Shown in pieces: positions 1 through 9,611 of a stretch of DNA of 64,000 nt. The notes beneath the pieces are model-generated. The model ran no database searches. It was not told the DNA's origin and was given only the letters and a program-made list of their open reading frames with translations. The translations under genes and the position numbers were made by a program. The stretch covers positions 32,748-96,747 of IMG/VR virus record IMGVR_UViG_3300024346_000022; one strand, written 5' to 3'. The stretch is from a virus. Every line of letters begins with the position of its first letter. Within the stretch, counting starts at the first letter, position 1.

Positions 1-441
1 ATTATTCTTAATAAATTCTGTCATAGATGGATATCTCATTCTCAAAGTCAGAGTATCATCCAATTTAATATCACGAGAATGTTTTGGATTCTCCTCAACA
101 TTAATTTCGTCCAAATTGATACTCATCGGAACCTGTGTCGTTTCATCATCAGGGCAGGTAATCAAAACATCTACAGTTTCTCCAACTGATTTACCTCTGA
201 TATTAAGAAACAAGTACTCAATATCAAATGTGGATAGGTCTTCTACTTTAATACCTTTGCTTAAGATACAATTCGAGATTACAGTTTTAACAGCATTTGC
301 GATTTGCTTGGAATCTTCGCTTTCCAGAGCAATAATTAGAATTTTTTCTTCTTTAACCAGAAAGGGTCTATATCTAATTTTCTTTTTTAATGATGGAATT
401 TCTAGCTCGTAAATTGGCGTTGTAATACGGGGGAGCGGCAT
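1..441 (-). CDS. gp26: Baseplate hub subunit, T4 gp26-like (runs off the window edge)
   Basis: Manual translation from ATG at 441 gives MPLPRITTPIYELEIPSLKKKIRYRPFLVKEEKILIIALES...DIEYLFLNIRGKSVGE...CPDD; not in the ORF track because it is truncated. Confidence 0.85.
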   Translation of the reverse strand, partial: MPLPRITTPIYELEIPSLKKKIRYRPFLVKEEKILIIALESEDSKQIANAVKTVISNCILSKGIKVEDLSTFDIEYLFLNIRGKSVGETVDVLITCPDDETTQVPMSINLDEINVEENPKHSRDIKLDDTLTLRMRYPSMTEFIKNN

Positions 442-473
442 TTTATTTAATTATAAAGTTCAGATAAACTTAT

Positions 474-1232
474 TTATGTTACAATTCTTGGATTTACATT
501 TCCTGGAGTAAGAATAACACCCCTTACACCACTTTCTCCAAGTGTGGAACCGGGTCTATAAACAACTCTTTGAGTATTAGATTCGCCAGTATCACTATTG
601 AAAAGTTTATTATTGTCATTATTTTGTATAAAATCCAAACTTAATGTTCTGCCACAAACATATCGTTCATAATTAAATGTTGCATTTACTTTTAATACAT
701 CAGAACCACTATACTGAACTGGTATAGAACTCAAAGAAAGTGGAAAAAGTCCAAAGAAATTATATTCAATTTCTGCGTTATAATCTCGGTCAAATTTAAT
801 AATTTTAGTCATATTGCTCTTATAGTCCTTTGGATATCTCATCCTAAAATAGTAACCGTCAACGGATGGATTCTCATTAGACCCACTGGAAATAAATTCC
901 ATCCAGTGCTCTATAAATTTTAAAGTTTTATAATCACTATCCACATAAAATTCTAGACCGATTTCTGTAAAGATTCTACGATGAGCGACTCTTTCATTTA
1001 CCCCGGTATAATTATTTGTAACCTCGGCAGTTGCCAAAGAAGTTCCGGGTAGTGATGCCGAAAAACAAAGTAATCCGGCTTCATTACTAATAAATAATGG
1101 GTCAACACCTCTTATCGCAAGATGCGATAAAAGTGGACCGGGCAGACCACCAAACACAACCTGAAAGTGTGAGCTCTGGGCGAGATTCGTAAAGAGTGGT
1201 TTAAAGTCGGATATTCTGCGGATACTAGGCAC
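474..1232 (-). CDS. Tail tube initiator / gp54-gp19-like baseplate-tail tube protein
   Basis: Tube-fold motifs (SASLPG, FYVD, FPLSLSSI, ATFNYE); position between gp26 and gp4. Confidence 0.6.
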   Translation of the reverse strand: MPSIRRISDFKPLFTNLAQSSHFQVVFGGLPGPLLSHLAIRGVDPLFISNEAGLLCFSASLPGTSLATAEVTNNYTGVNERVAHRRIFTEIGLEFYVDSDYKTLKFIEHWMEFISSGSNENPSVDGYYFRMRYPKDYKSNMTKIIKFDRDYNAEIEYNFFGLFPLSLSSIPVQYSGSDVLKVNATFNYERYVCGRTLSLDFIQNNDNNKLFNSDTGESNTQRVVYRPGSTLGESGVRGVILTPGNVNPRIVT

Positions 1233-1273
1233 TCTAAATACCTTTTATGAGTCTTAATAGTATAAGTATTTAG

Positions 1274-1717
1274 ATGTCTTATAAGGGAAAGTTTAAACCA
1301 TCATTTCCGGAAAAGTATGTTGGAGACCCGACAAATATTATCTACCGGTCTCTGTGGGAACTGAAGTTTCTCAAATATTGTGATACGAATGAAAATATTT
1401 TAGAATATGCCTCCGAAGAACTTGCCATTCCTTATCGTTCCCCGATAGATGGTAAAGTTCATAGATATTTTCCCGATGCTTATATAAAAGTCAAGGAACC
1501 AGATGGAAGCATTAAAAAATATTTGATTGAGATTAAACCTTATAAGCAAACGATGCCACCACCAAAACCAAAAAGGCAGACCAAAGGATACATCTATGAA
1601 GCATATGAGTATGCCAAGAACCAATCAAAATGGGAAGCAGCAAGAGAATATTGTAAGGACAAAGGATGGACCTTTAGAGTTCTCACGGAAAATGAATTGG
1701 GGATTTCCAAAAAATGA
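1274..1717 (+). CDS. gp4: Head completion protein gp4 (TnsA-like nuclease fold)
   Basis: YKGKFKP...YRSLWE...HRYFPD...IEIKP...NQSKWEAA signature. Confidence 0.9.
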   Translation: MSYKGKFKPSFPEKYVGDPTNIIYRSLWELKFLKYCDTNENILEYASEELAIPYRSPIDGKVHRYFPDAYIKVKEPDGSIKKYLIEIKPYKQTMPPPKPKRQTKGYIYEAYEYAKNQSKWEAAREYCKDKGWTFRVLTENELGISKK

Positions 1718-2061
1718 ACCGCATCAAACCCCTACTTAAAAAATTATATGGAACAGAAGATGCCGATGATTTAATGTTGGAGATACTTGATGTATTAAAA
1801 CAAACCACCGGTTCTCCAGAAGCAGGTAATATCTATACTTTTGTTTATAAACCAAAGACACCGGGTATAAGATATGATGCAAATCCGTTGGTTGCCGTTA
1901 CAAATGTTTATTCTTGGGGATTTAGTGGTATTAACTTCCACTGGGGGGAAAAACGACAATATACTCTTGAGGAAGTGATTGGACCTCTACATATTGTGAA
2001 TAAAAATGAGCTTGGTGATTTAAGAAGAATGCCTTTCGGACAAATCAAGATAAATAACTAA
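1714..2061 (+). CDS. gp2: DNA end protector gp2-like (short cyanophage form)
   Basis: GNIYTFVYKPKT...YDANPLV...GFSGINFH motif; follows gp4. Confidence 0.65.
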   Translation: MNRIKPLLKKLYGTEDADDLMLEILDVLKQTTGSPEAGNIYTFVYKPKTPGIRYDANPLVAVTNVYSWGFSGINFHWGEKRQYTLEEVIGPLHIVNKNELGDLRRMPFGQIKINN

Positions 2062-2070
2062 AAAAGATAA

Positions 2071-3048
2071 ATGGTAAACGGATTTAACGTATCAGCAAGT
2101 TTATCGCCAAATGCGGAAAGAATTGCGGCGTCTGCTTCTGCAAAACTTTCCTCGTCTGTGGCACCTCTTAGATATCCACAGAAAAGTATTGGAAAAAATG
2201 ATGATTACCTAGAAATAGGTGTGATTGAGTATGTTGCCAATAAATTAACATTGGGGCAAGATAATCTTAAATTAAGATCTCAAACAGAAGCAATACAACA
2301 ATCTAATCAAAAAGCAAAACAAACAATACAACTACCAATACCATCAAATATTGGAGATACAAATCAAGTTGATTGGGGTAATGGAGATAGTTTAAATGCT
2401 CTTCAAGCTGCAGGAGTAACGAACATAGGAAATGTTCTTACAAGTAGTAATTTGGGAAAAGGTATTATTGATGCTTTTAAATCTATGGGAACAACCGCAA
2501 AGAATGTTGCAATCCAAGGTGGGGGACAAGATTTAGTTACGAGTTATTTTAGCGCAGAGTTAATAAACACATTAGGGGCAAACGTATCTCCAGAATCACT
2601 TATATCAAGAGCAACGGGTCAAGTTTTAAATCCAAATCTAGAATTACTTTTCAGTGGTGTCAATCTAAGGACTTTTCAATTTGATTTTGATTTTGCTCCA
2701 AGAGACGAAAAAGAATCTAATGTCGTTAAAGAAATTATAAGAGTCTTTAAGCAATCTATGGCACCTAGAACTGGCAGTAATACTGAAGGGGCTGGATTAT
2801 TCATTAAAGCGCCGAATGTTTTCCTCCTAAAATATAAGAGTGGAAGTCAGGAGCATCCTTATCTAAACAAATTTAAACCCTGTGCTTTGACAAGTATGGG
2901 TATGAATTATACGGGTTCTGGTTCATATGCGACTTATGCGGATAAAACTCCGGTTCATATGAAATTGTCTCTTAGTTTTACCGAACTCAATCCAATTTAT
3001 AATGAAGATTATAATAGTAGTGTTGGTCTTCAAGCAGTAGGTTACTGA
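2071..3048 (+). CDS. gp48: Baseplate tail-tube cap gp48
   Basis: NPNLELLFSGVNLRTFQFDFDFAPR...CALTSM...LSFTELNP; upstream of gp53. Confidence 0.85.
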   Translation: MVNGFNVSASLSPNAERIAASASAKLSSSVAPLRYPQKSIGKNDDYLEIGVIEYVANKLTLGQDNLKLRSQTEAIQQSNQKAKQTIQLPIPSNIGDTNQVDWGNGDSLNALQAAGVTNIGNVLTSSNLGKGIIDAFKSMGTTAKNVAIQGGGQDLVTSYFSAELINTLGANVSPESLISRATGQVLNPNLELLFSGVNLRTFQFDFDFAPRDEKESNVVKEIIRVFKQSMAPRTGSNTEGAGLFIKAPNVFLLKYKSGSQEHPYLNKFKPCALTSMGMNYTGSGSYATYADKTPVHMKLSLSFTELNPIYNEDYNSSVGLQAVGY

Positions 3049-3049
3049 T

Positions 3050-3697
3050 ATGTCTTATTTTAGAGAGCTTCCAGATTTAGAGTATCAATCACCTTTTGCC
3101 GATAGTAATTCCTCACAGAATTATGTAAGGGCAAAGAATTTATTTCGTCGTATAAAACTTCGTGATGACTTAAAAAATGTTTTTACTCTGTTTAATAAGT
3201 ATCAGATTCCAGAAGGAGCAAGACCCGATACTGTTGCCGAAGAAGTTTATGGAAAAGCAGATTATGACTGGGTTGTTTTATTGACCGCAGGTATTATAAA
3301 TGTCAGAGATGAATGGCCTCTTTCTAATAAAGACTTATACACATATGCGGAAGAAGTTTATGGAAATGACCTAAATGCCATACATCATTATGAAACCACA
3401 GAAGTCAAAGATTCTAATGGACGACTTATACTTCCATCTGGTAAGATTGTTGATTCTAACTTTACTATTCCAAAACCAAATGATTACTTGGCAACATTAA
3501 ATCCGGTTGTTGGGATTAGTAATTATGTATATCAAACTAGAAAAAATGAGGCAAATAGGACAATCTATCTTTTAAGAACGGATTATTTACAACAATATCT
3601 AAATGATATGAAAAAGATTATGTATTATGAAAAGTCTTCTCAATATATTAATAAAAAATTAATTCGCACCGAGAATACAAGAGTCACGATGCCATAA
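3050..3697 (+). CDS. gp53: Baseplate wedge subunit gp53
   Basis: MSYFRELP...RPDTVAEEVYG...WVVLL...HHYET LysM-like signature. Confidence 0.9.
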   Translation: MSYFRELPDLEYQSPFADSNSSQNYVRAKNLFRRIKLRDDLKNVFTLFNKYQIPEGARPDTVAEEVYGKADYDWVVLLTAGIINVRDEWPLSNKDLYTYAEEVYGNDLNAIHHYETTEVKDSNGRLILPSGKIVDSNFTIPKPNDYLATLNPVVGISNYVYQTRKNEANRTIYLLRTDYLQQYLNDMKKIMYYEKSSQYINKKLIRTENTRVTMP

Positions 3698-3722
3698 AAA
3701 AAGGGGAGAAATCTCCCCTTTA
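3696..3722. terminator. Bidirectional intrinsic terminator between convergent gp53 and gp32
   Basis: AAAAAA-GGGGAG-AAAT-CTCCCC-TTT. Confidence 0.75.
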
Positions 3723-3727
3723 CTAAA

Positions 3728-4639
3728 CTATTCTGCTAATTTTGCGAAATATGACAATTCGTCAAAATCCTCATCATCAACCGCAACAGAGCGAGATGAT
3801 TTTAGACTATTGAGTTCTCCACGAAGATCCTCGGTGAGTGATGGTGCCGAACCACGATAGTCATCCTCATCATTAACTTCTTCATCAGTACGACGAGAAC
3901 CTTTAGTTCCAAGAACAGAATCAAGACGAGTCTTCAGTTCTTCATAAGACTTAAACTGACTTGGGGCAACAAGTTCAGCGAGAGAGTTCTGCTTCTTCCA
4001 TAGTGCCTCCAGAGCATCATCATCATCCAGAAGAGGTCCAGGAACAGCAAACTCACTCGAATCATAGTTACGATATCCGGCAACATTCTTTGCCTTCAGT
4101 TTAAAGTTAGCACCTTTCCAGAAGTCAAATGGGTCAATTGATTCCTCATCCTCAAACTCAGGTTGCATCGCCGCAGTAAGTTTGTCAAAGATTTTTTTGC
4201 CGAACTTATACAGAAAAACACCACCTTCGTTTTCTGGATTAGCGGGGTCTTTTACGACATAAATGTTGGAAATATACGTCAGTTTGCGCTTCTGTTTGCG
4301 AGCAATTTCTTTACCAGCGTCAGTTCCATTATTCCAAAGTTCAGAATTATATTCCGAAACTGGATCTTTTTCTCCAATAGTAGTCCTACTATTTTCAATA
4401 TACCAACCTCCGGTTCCCTGAAATGCGTGACTATAAAGTTTTACAAACGGCAGGTCTTCTCCATCAGGAGCAGGAAGAAAGCGAATTACCGCATAACCAT
4501 TATTTGCTTTGTCGCATTCGAGTTTCCAGAAACGCTCATCCCCCGAACTACTACTATTATTCATTTTTTGAACTTCTTTAACTAGTTTTTCAGTTAAAGA
4601 ACCTAGTTTGGATTGTTTTTTAAGATTTGCAAATGACAT
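3728..4639 (-). CDS. gp32: Single-stranded DNA-binding protein gp32
   Basis: DERFWK...GYAVIRFLPAP...FGKKIFDK...GANFKLK...NYDSS; acidic tail ending YFAKLAE. Confidence 0.95.
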   Translation of the reverse strand: MSFANLKKQSKLGSLTEKLVKEVQKMNNSSSSGDERFWKLECDKANNGYAVIRFLPAPDGEDLPFVKLYSHAFQGTGGWYIENSRTTIGEKDPVSEYNSELWNNGTDAGKEIARKQKRKLTYISNIYVVKDPANPENEGGVFLYKFGKKIFDKLTAAMQPEFEDEESIDPFDFWKGANFKLKAKNVAGYRNYDSSEFAVPGPLLDDDDALEALWKKQNSLAELVAPSQFKSYEELKTRLDSVLGTKGSRRTDEEVNDEDDYRGSAPSLTEDLRGELNSLKSSRSVAVDDEDFDELSYFAKLAE

Positions 4640-4682
4640 TTGGATTTTTTGGATAAATTGGATTTGTTTTTATGACATCTTT

Positions 4683-4711
4683 ATTATAGAAGATTTATAA
4701 AGGGATGTCAA
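4683..4711 (-). promoter_or_regulatory. Sigma70-type early promoter for gp32
   Basis: TTGACA-17 bp-TATAAT, overlapping the stop codon of the upstream endonuclease. Confidence 0.8.
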
Positions 4712-5358
4712 GCCCTCGTCCAACCTTTATGGTGATTTCTTTTACCACAAATTACATGATGCATAGCTGAATCGGTGAGATTATTTTGTTCGCAAAAATA
4801 TTTGAGATTATTTGCGGTATGTATTTTTCCTTCCGGATCTTTCATTACCCAAGTTTTATTATCTCTTGCTACTTTTCTTTCTCGTATTTGCTCCCTTTGC
4901 TCTTCTGTAAGTTTTTTGCCAAGCATTCCTTTTGGAGATATTCTTCCCATATGTGATTTACTCATTTTTCTTTTGGTTTCTTCAGATGCTTTTCTATTTT
5001 TAGCAGAATCTGATATTTTCTTTCTAACTTCTGGTCTTTTTGCTGGGTTATTTTCGCCAATCATATTTTCACTTGGAGTAATATAATAAAACTTTTTAGA
5101 AGTTTGCCTTGCTTTGTTGGCAAAATGAGGATTTTTATCTACTTCATAAAAGTCGTGAAGAACACATTCTGCCTCAAGTGCATCTTCTACGCTATCAAAA
5201 GTTTCTAAAATGATTTTTTGAGTTGGTTTAAAAGTTTTGTCTCTAAAACTTCCAAAATAATTTATATCTTCTTCTGGAAGACATTTACATTCTCTTTTTC
5301 CAATATATCCATTACCAAACTCTTCATAAGAGTAATAGACATAAAAATACTTTTTCAT
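4708..5358 (-). CDS. Free-standing GIY-YIG-like homing endonuclease with NUMOD3 repeats
   Basis: N-terminal YVYY...GYIGKR, YFGS, EALEAE-like motifs, and SEETKRKMSKSHMG NUMOD3; inserted upstream of gp32. Confidence 0.8.
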   Translation of the reverse strand: MKKYFYVYYSYEEFGNGYIGKRECKCLPEEDINYFGSFRDKTFKPTQKIILETFDSVEDALEAECVLHDFYEVDKNPHFANKARQTSKKFYYITPSENMIGENNPAKRPEVRKKISDSAKNRKASEETKRKMSKSHMGRISPKGMLGKKLTEEQREQIRERKVARDNKTWVMKDPEGKIHTANNLKYFCEQNNLTDSAMHHVICGKRNHHKGWTRA

Positions 5359-5390
5359 TCTTCTCTAATCGGGTGACATAAGTATTTATA

Positions 5391-5450
5391 CAAGAAAGGA
5401 GCACCGAAGCACTCCAATCTAACCTGAAAAGTGTCACCCGATCAGGCATT
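5391..5450 (-). ncRNA. Candidate small RNA (hairpin plus UUCG terminator) antisense to the leader of endonuclease 4708-5358
   Basis: AATAAATA (5453-5460), CCTGA/TCAGG stem, GGAGTGC-TTCG-GTGCTCC plus U-rich tract, then TATAAATA (5383-5390); same layout at 31505-31605. Confidence 0.55.
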
Positions 5451-5465
5451 TGTATTTATTACCAA

Positions 5466-5795
5466 TCAGTCAAGATAATTTTTAAGGGATTCAATAGTTT
5501 GTTTCATATTACCAAAGAGAATACTCATATCAGTATCTTGGGCGAATCCCATAATGACAACTGACTTCTTTAGATTTTCTCTGATTTCAATTGCTTCCGG
5601 ATCATCAGATAATGATATTCTCGTATACATAATCTGCTGTTTTTCAAGAAGTTCCGTCATTTTATTAATATGTTCTATTTTTTCTTCACGAGGACCCATA
5701 GTAAATGAAAACAGTCTCTCATAAAGAGTTTCTGAAAGTTCATTAATTTCTTTTAGTTCTTTCTGAACCAGTTCAGAATTAAAAAAATTACTCAT
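5466..5795 (-). CDS. Conserved cyanophage hypothetical protein (DUF1825-like)
   Basis: MSNFFNSELVQ...YTRISLSDDPEA; start refined to 5795. Confidence 0.7.
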   Translation of the reverse strand: MSNFFNSELVQKELKEINELSETLYERLFSFTMGPREEKIEHINKMTELLEKQQIMYTRISLSDDPEAIEIRENLKKSVVIMGFAQDTDMSILFGNMKQTIESLKNYLD

Positions 5796-6375
5796 TAATA
5801 ATGTCCCGCAATAGTTTTTTATAATAGAATATATCAATATGTATAAAAGGTTTATATTTTTTAATTTTAAGAGATGTCATTTCCCATATAGGGTCTATAA
5901 GTTTTTTATCATACTCTTTAGAAAATGAAAATATTGTATCATATATTACCATATTCTCAATTGATATATCATTTCTTAAGAATGTCTTTAGAATAATTGG
6001 ATGACCCTTCGAGCAGTCGAAGACACTTTTTAATTCTTTTCCCGAGAATAATGCCGTTGATTGTTCTTTGAATAAGTAGGTTAAACTCTGTTGTCTTTTC
6101 ATCCATTCTGCGTATGTTCTTTCTCCAGAATTGATAATGTGCCCGATCCATATGCTCTGGGGATTGTCTGCCGCTATAAAGTTTGATACTAAAAAATCTA
6201 CAATTTCTTTGTCATTATATTTTCTTGAAGATTTCTCGAAGAAGTATTTGTCTTTGCGTTTATTGAAAGAAGTTAGTGTTGCTCTTGTTTTTTTATATTT
6301 AAAGTAATCATATTTGGGATTACTGAAATGATTTTTCAGTCCCAAATATGCCTGATAAGTTTCAAAGGGGGACAT
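5788..6375 (-). CDS. gp59: Helicase loader gp59
   Basis: YLGLKNHF...YDYFKY...FNKRKDKYFFEK; synteny gp33-gp59-gp32. Confidence 0.9.
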   Translation of the reverse strand: MSPFETYQAYLGLKNHFSNPKYDYFKYKKTRATLTSFNKRKDKYFFEKSSRKYNDKEIVDFLVSNFIAADNPQSIWIGHIINSGERTYAEWMKRQQSLTYLFKEQSTALFSGKELKSVFDCSKGHPIILKTFLRNDISIENMVIYDTIFSFSKEYDKKLIDPIWEMTSLKIKKYKPFIHIDIFYYKKLLRDIINE

Positions 6376-6704
6376 TAGATAGGCAATTTGGCTTTCGAAG
6401 TTTTCTTCATAAAATTAAGATTCATCGCATCATACTTTAATCTATCTTTTAATGGTTTTGAGATCAGTTTAGTTACTGATTCGATTTCAATATTATTTTG
6501 TTCGCAAAACATAATAATAGCGTCGATATAATTACATTTTTCCTCAACAACTATATTCTCAATTTCGAGTGAAAACTTGGATGGAGAAAGAAACTTTTCA
6601 TTAATTTGCTTTTCTAATTGCTCGTTATATTTTTCTAAATCTGGGGGATCTAATTTCATGTTTTCTATTTTAATCTCTAAAAGACTTTCCAAAATGTTTG
6701 GCAT
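6375..6704 (-). CDS. gp33: Late transcription coactivator gp33
   Basis: KFSLEIE...NYIDAI...KLISKPLKDRLKYDAMNLNF. Confidence 0.9.
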   Translation of the reverse strand: MPNILESLLEIKIENMKLDPPDLEKYNEQLEKQINEKFLSPSKFSLEIENIVVEEKCNYIDAIIMFCEQNNIEIESVTKLISKPLKDRLKYDAMNLNFMKKTSKAKLPI

Positions 6705-6746
6705 AATTTAATGTATTTTATATTTAGTATAACTTAAAATAATGTA

Positions 6747-7427
6747 TTAGTCAACCCCCATGAGTTCAAGTTTATCATTCACAAACTTTTTGATATACTT
6801 AACCACTAATTTCATATACTTTTTTAGGTCACTTTCTTCATAGACAACGGACTCACCATCTTCACATGCCATAATAATCACAAGTTTCTTAATTGGAGTT
6901 CCCGTCATTTCATAATATGCCATACCATAAAACATCGCTTGGACGAAATAGTTCTCAATCCACTCTCTTGGTTTTGGTTTTTTAGAAGTCTTAAAGTCAA
7001 TTACAGCGAGTTCACCATCATATTCGGCAATACAATCGGTTGTTCCGGCAACTCCAAGTTGGAGACTATAAAGTGGTCCCTCAAGGCAGTGGATATTATT
7101 AATTTTATTCAGTTCCGCCTTCGCAATCTTAAAAAGAAAATCCGGCAAAGGCGGAACTGACGGCAGAGTTTTATTATAAAGGTAGTTTTCCACAAGAGAA
7201 TGCATATCCGTGCCACGAGAAGTAGCCGCTTTAGTGATCTTTTGCGCCTCATCCTCACCAACCCTTTTACGCCATTTGACAAATATTTCACGATTAAAAT
7301 GACTAGTAACAGAGGTGATTGAAACTAATTTTAGAAGTTTATCTCCATCAGTAACATCATAGTAACGAACTCCATCGATTGTTTCTCTTTCGAGTTTTGG
7401 CAACTCAACATCAAGATGATTAAACAT
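6747..7427 (-). CDS. PD-(D/E)XK exonuclease (Cas4/RecB-like)
   Basis: SITSV...RGTDMH...AGTTDC...VIDFKTS...YFVQ. Confidence 0.85.
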   Translation of the reverse strand: MFNHLDVELPKLERETIDGVRYYDVTDGDKLLKLVSITSVTSHFNREIFVKWRKRVGEDEAQKITKAATSRGTDMHSLVENYLYNKTLPSVPPLPDFLFKIAKAELNKINNIHCLEGPLYSLQLGVAGTTDCIAEYDGELAVIDFKTSKKPKPREWIENYFVQAMFYGMAYYEMTGTPIKKLVIIMACEDGESVVYEESDLKKYMKLVVKYIKKFVNDKLELMGVD

Positions 7428-8179
7428 TAAAAACCTGCTTCTAATTTCGCAATAATATATTCTTTGACAAGTCCAGAACGAACAATATCATCGACACCAA
7501 ACTCAATTATATCAAAAGATGGCATTTTACGCAAGACCGTCATAAAATCAATAATACCATTTCTCTCATTTGTTTTTTGTAAATCTGATTGAGACGCATC
7601 ACCACAGAACATAATCTTGGAGTTTTCACCAACACGAGTGATAATGGAGTCAAGTTCGTGATATGACATATTTTGGAACTCATCTACAATAATAATAGAA
7701 TTATCAAGCGTGGTTCCTCTTAAAAATGAAGTGCTCCAGAACTTAATTGTTTCTTGTGACTTAAGATTACCATAAAGCATATCGAAATCTACATCACTTG
7801 GCATTTGGAACATATACTTCACCATATTCTTATAAGGAATTTGGTAAATGTCAGATTTGTCATCATAAGAACCGGGAAGAAATCCAATTTCTCTTGTGGC
7901 AACTAACGAACGGACAAGATAGATTTTTTCGTAAGGTGTTTTTTCATCTAAAACCTCACGAAGAGCATTATAAAGAGTGATGAAAGTTTTACCAGTACCG
8001 GCACATCCATAGGCAACTAAATGTTTCTGTTCCGCATAAGAATCAAAAAGTTTTTTTTGATTGTCTGTAAGTGGGTCAATATCTATTAGATATTCACCAT
8101 TTAAAGGTTTTTTACGCTTTGCTTGACGAGTGGTAAGACCAACACCGATTGGTTGCTCTGCTCTTTTTCTTCTTGCCAT
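7427..8179 (-). CDS. phoH: PhoH-family ATPase
   Basis: GCAGTGKT Walker A, IGFLPG, RGTTLD, VDEFQN, GDASQSD, DIVRSGLV. Confidence 0.95.
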   Translation of the reverse strand: MARRKRAEQPIGVGLTTRQAKRKKPLNGEYLIDIDPLTDNQKKLFDSYAEQKHLVAYGCAGTGKTFITLYNALREVLDEKTPYEKIYLVRSLVATREIGFLPGSYDDKSDIYQIPYKNMVKYMFQMPSDVDFDMLYGNLKSQETIKFWSTSFLRGTTLDNSIIIVDEFQNMSYHELDSIITRVGENSKIMFCGDASQSDLQKTNERNGIIDFMTVLRKMPSFDIIEFGVDDIVRSGLVKEYIIAKLEAGF

Positions 8180-8185
8180 AAGTGG

Positions 8186-8428
8186 TTAGAGTTTTTTTAC
8201 AGTTGATCCTGGCATCTTTTGGGCACGACCCAAAACATCGTTCCACGAAGGGTGCTTGGCGGTTAATTTGTCCCGCCAATCCCCCGCTTCTCCAACATTC
8301 ATTTGTGTTGGAATAAGAGGTCTAATATAAGGATTTTCTTTGAGATATGGTTCTTTTTCTGCCATATACATCCATTTCTCGAAGATTTCTCCTGTTTCTG
8401 TATTCTCAAATCTATAAGTCGGGCACAT
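8186..8428 (-). CDS. Conserved T4-like small protein (FmdB-like N-terminus)
   Basis: PTYRF.N.ETGE.FE motif. Confidence 0.6.
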   Translation of the reverse strand: MCPTYRFENTETGEIFEKWMYMAEKEPYLKENPYIRPLIPTQMNVGEAGDWRDKLTAKHPSWNDVLGRAQKMPGSTVKKL

Positions 8429-8452
8429 AAGGTATAATAATTTACAAAATAT

Positions 8453-9208
8453 TTAGGGAGCGAGACGCGCTTTGTGTAATCTGCGATCTTCATAATAACC
8501 AAAGATTTCTGGAACCCATTCTCTCATTACTGACACCATTCCTTCACTTAATGCTTGGATTTCTACTTGAGCGTCTAACTTTGCTCTTAAGTCCAGAAAG
8601 TGTAGGGCAGAACGAAGAGAAAATGTAACCACAAAGTTCTGGCGAATATTTTGAGGAAGATAGTCTCTTAAATGTTCTTCTGCCATACCCCGAGTATTAT
8701 AACCCTCCGCAAACCTCTCAGATGCCGCCAGACAGAACTTTAACTGCCTTTCGTAGTCATTCTTCGTCCATTCATACTTGTGCCCTTTACGGTCAAGGTA
8801 GAGACCTTCTGGACGCACATAGAAGACCTCTTCGGGTTTAAGTTCTCCTATAGCAACCTTCAGTACGCGACGACCAGTATATCTTTGCGATTGTACGTCA
8901 AAAGAAACTCCAATACGATGAGTTCTTGCCTGAACCATTACATTATGAACGAACCCAACACAATCCAAAGTAATGGAAGGATGCTCTAATGGTCCCCAGT
9001 GCCCTCTTTCATTCGCAAGCAGGTGCTCTACCGCCCACTCACCACATTCCTTCTCATTTGGAGGAAACTTGGTGTGAATTGGTTCTTCACTATAATCATT
9101 TTTACCTGCCTGCCATACAAGAGTTTGTGGAAGTTGTGTCTGACGGATCATCACAACCTGCATACGATGATCCAGTTCCAGAAGGTCTTTTGCTTTAATC
9201 GGTTTCAT
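8453..9208 (-). CDS. thyX: FAD-dependent thymidylate synthase
   Basis: GHWGPLEH and QARTHRIGVSFDVQSQRY ThyX motif, HFLDLR...AQVEI. Confidence 0.92.
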   Translation of the reverse strand: MKPIKAKDLLELDHRMQVVMIRQTQLPQTLVWQAGKNDYSEEPIHTKFPPNEKECGEWAVEHLLANERGHWGPLEHPSITLDCVGFVHNVMVQARTHRIGVSFDVQSQRYTGRRVLKVAIGELKPEEVFYVRPEGLYLDRKGHKYEWTKNDYERQLKFCLAASERFAEGYNTRGMAEEHLRDYLPQNIRQNFVVTFSLRSALHFLDLRAKLDAQVEIQALSEGMVSVMREWVPEIFGYYEDRRLHKARLAP

Positions 9209-9369
9209 TTTCCAAATCCTTTTGATGTTTTTGTCTCAAGAATTGCCAGTTCTTCCTTAATCACCCGCAATTGTGATTTCATTTGTTTCAGTTGTTCGTC
9301 ACTATAAAGATGATCCTGTCTAATCAGTTTCTCTAAAAGTTTTACCAGTTGCCGTGCTCTCTTACTCAT
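9205..9369 (-). CDS. Small conserved hypothetical protein (54 aa)
   Basis: MSKRARQLVKLLEKL...SKGFGK; ATGA-coupled to both neighbours. Confidence 0.6.
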   Translation of the reverse strand: MSKRARQLVKLLEKLIRQDHLYSDEQLKQMKSQLRVIKEELAILETKTSKGFGK

Positions 9370-9512
9370 TCTCCAAAAACCTCATCATAATCTTCTTCTA
9401 ATGGAACAATATCAGATATTTTATATGTCTCGTCGGTTAAAATCTCTACCTTAAGACTATCGAGAAGAAGTTCCATATTTCTCAAAATCAATTTAATTTT
9501 ATCTCTATCCAT
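9366..9512 (-). CDS. Small hypothetical protein (48 aa)
   Basis: MDREKIKLILRNMELLLDSLKVEI...DYDEVFGE; downstream of a TTGACT-17-TATAAT promoter. Confidence 0.6.
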   Translation of the reverse strand: MDRDKIKLILRNMELLLDSLKVEILTDETYKISDIVPLEEDYDEVFGE

Positions 9513-9541
9513 TTAACGAGTTCATACTGTTCCTATTATAC

Positions 9542-9572
9542 AAAAAAAGAGAGAATTAGTCAATTCTCTCTT
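9542..9572 (-). terminator. Intrinsic terminator overlapping a sigma70 promoter
   Basis: AAGAGAGAATT/AATTCTCTCTT stem plus T-run; TTGACT-17-TATAAT embedded. Confidence 0.65.
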
Positions 9573-9611
9573 AAAAACCTTTTGGGGAGATTTTTTCGCC
9601 CTTCTGGGAAA

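Noticed and set aside
116-412. 98-aa plus-strand ORF
   Set aside because: Antisense shadow of gp26
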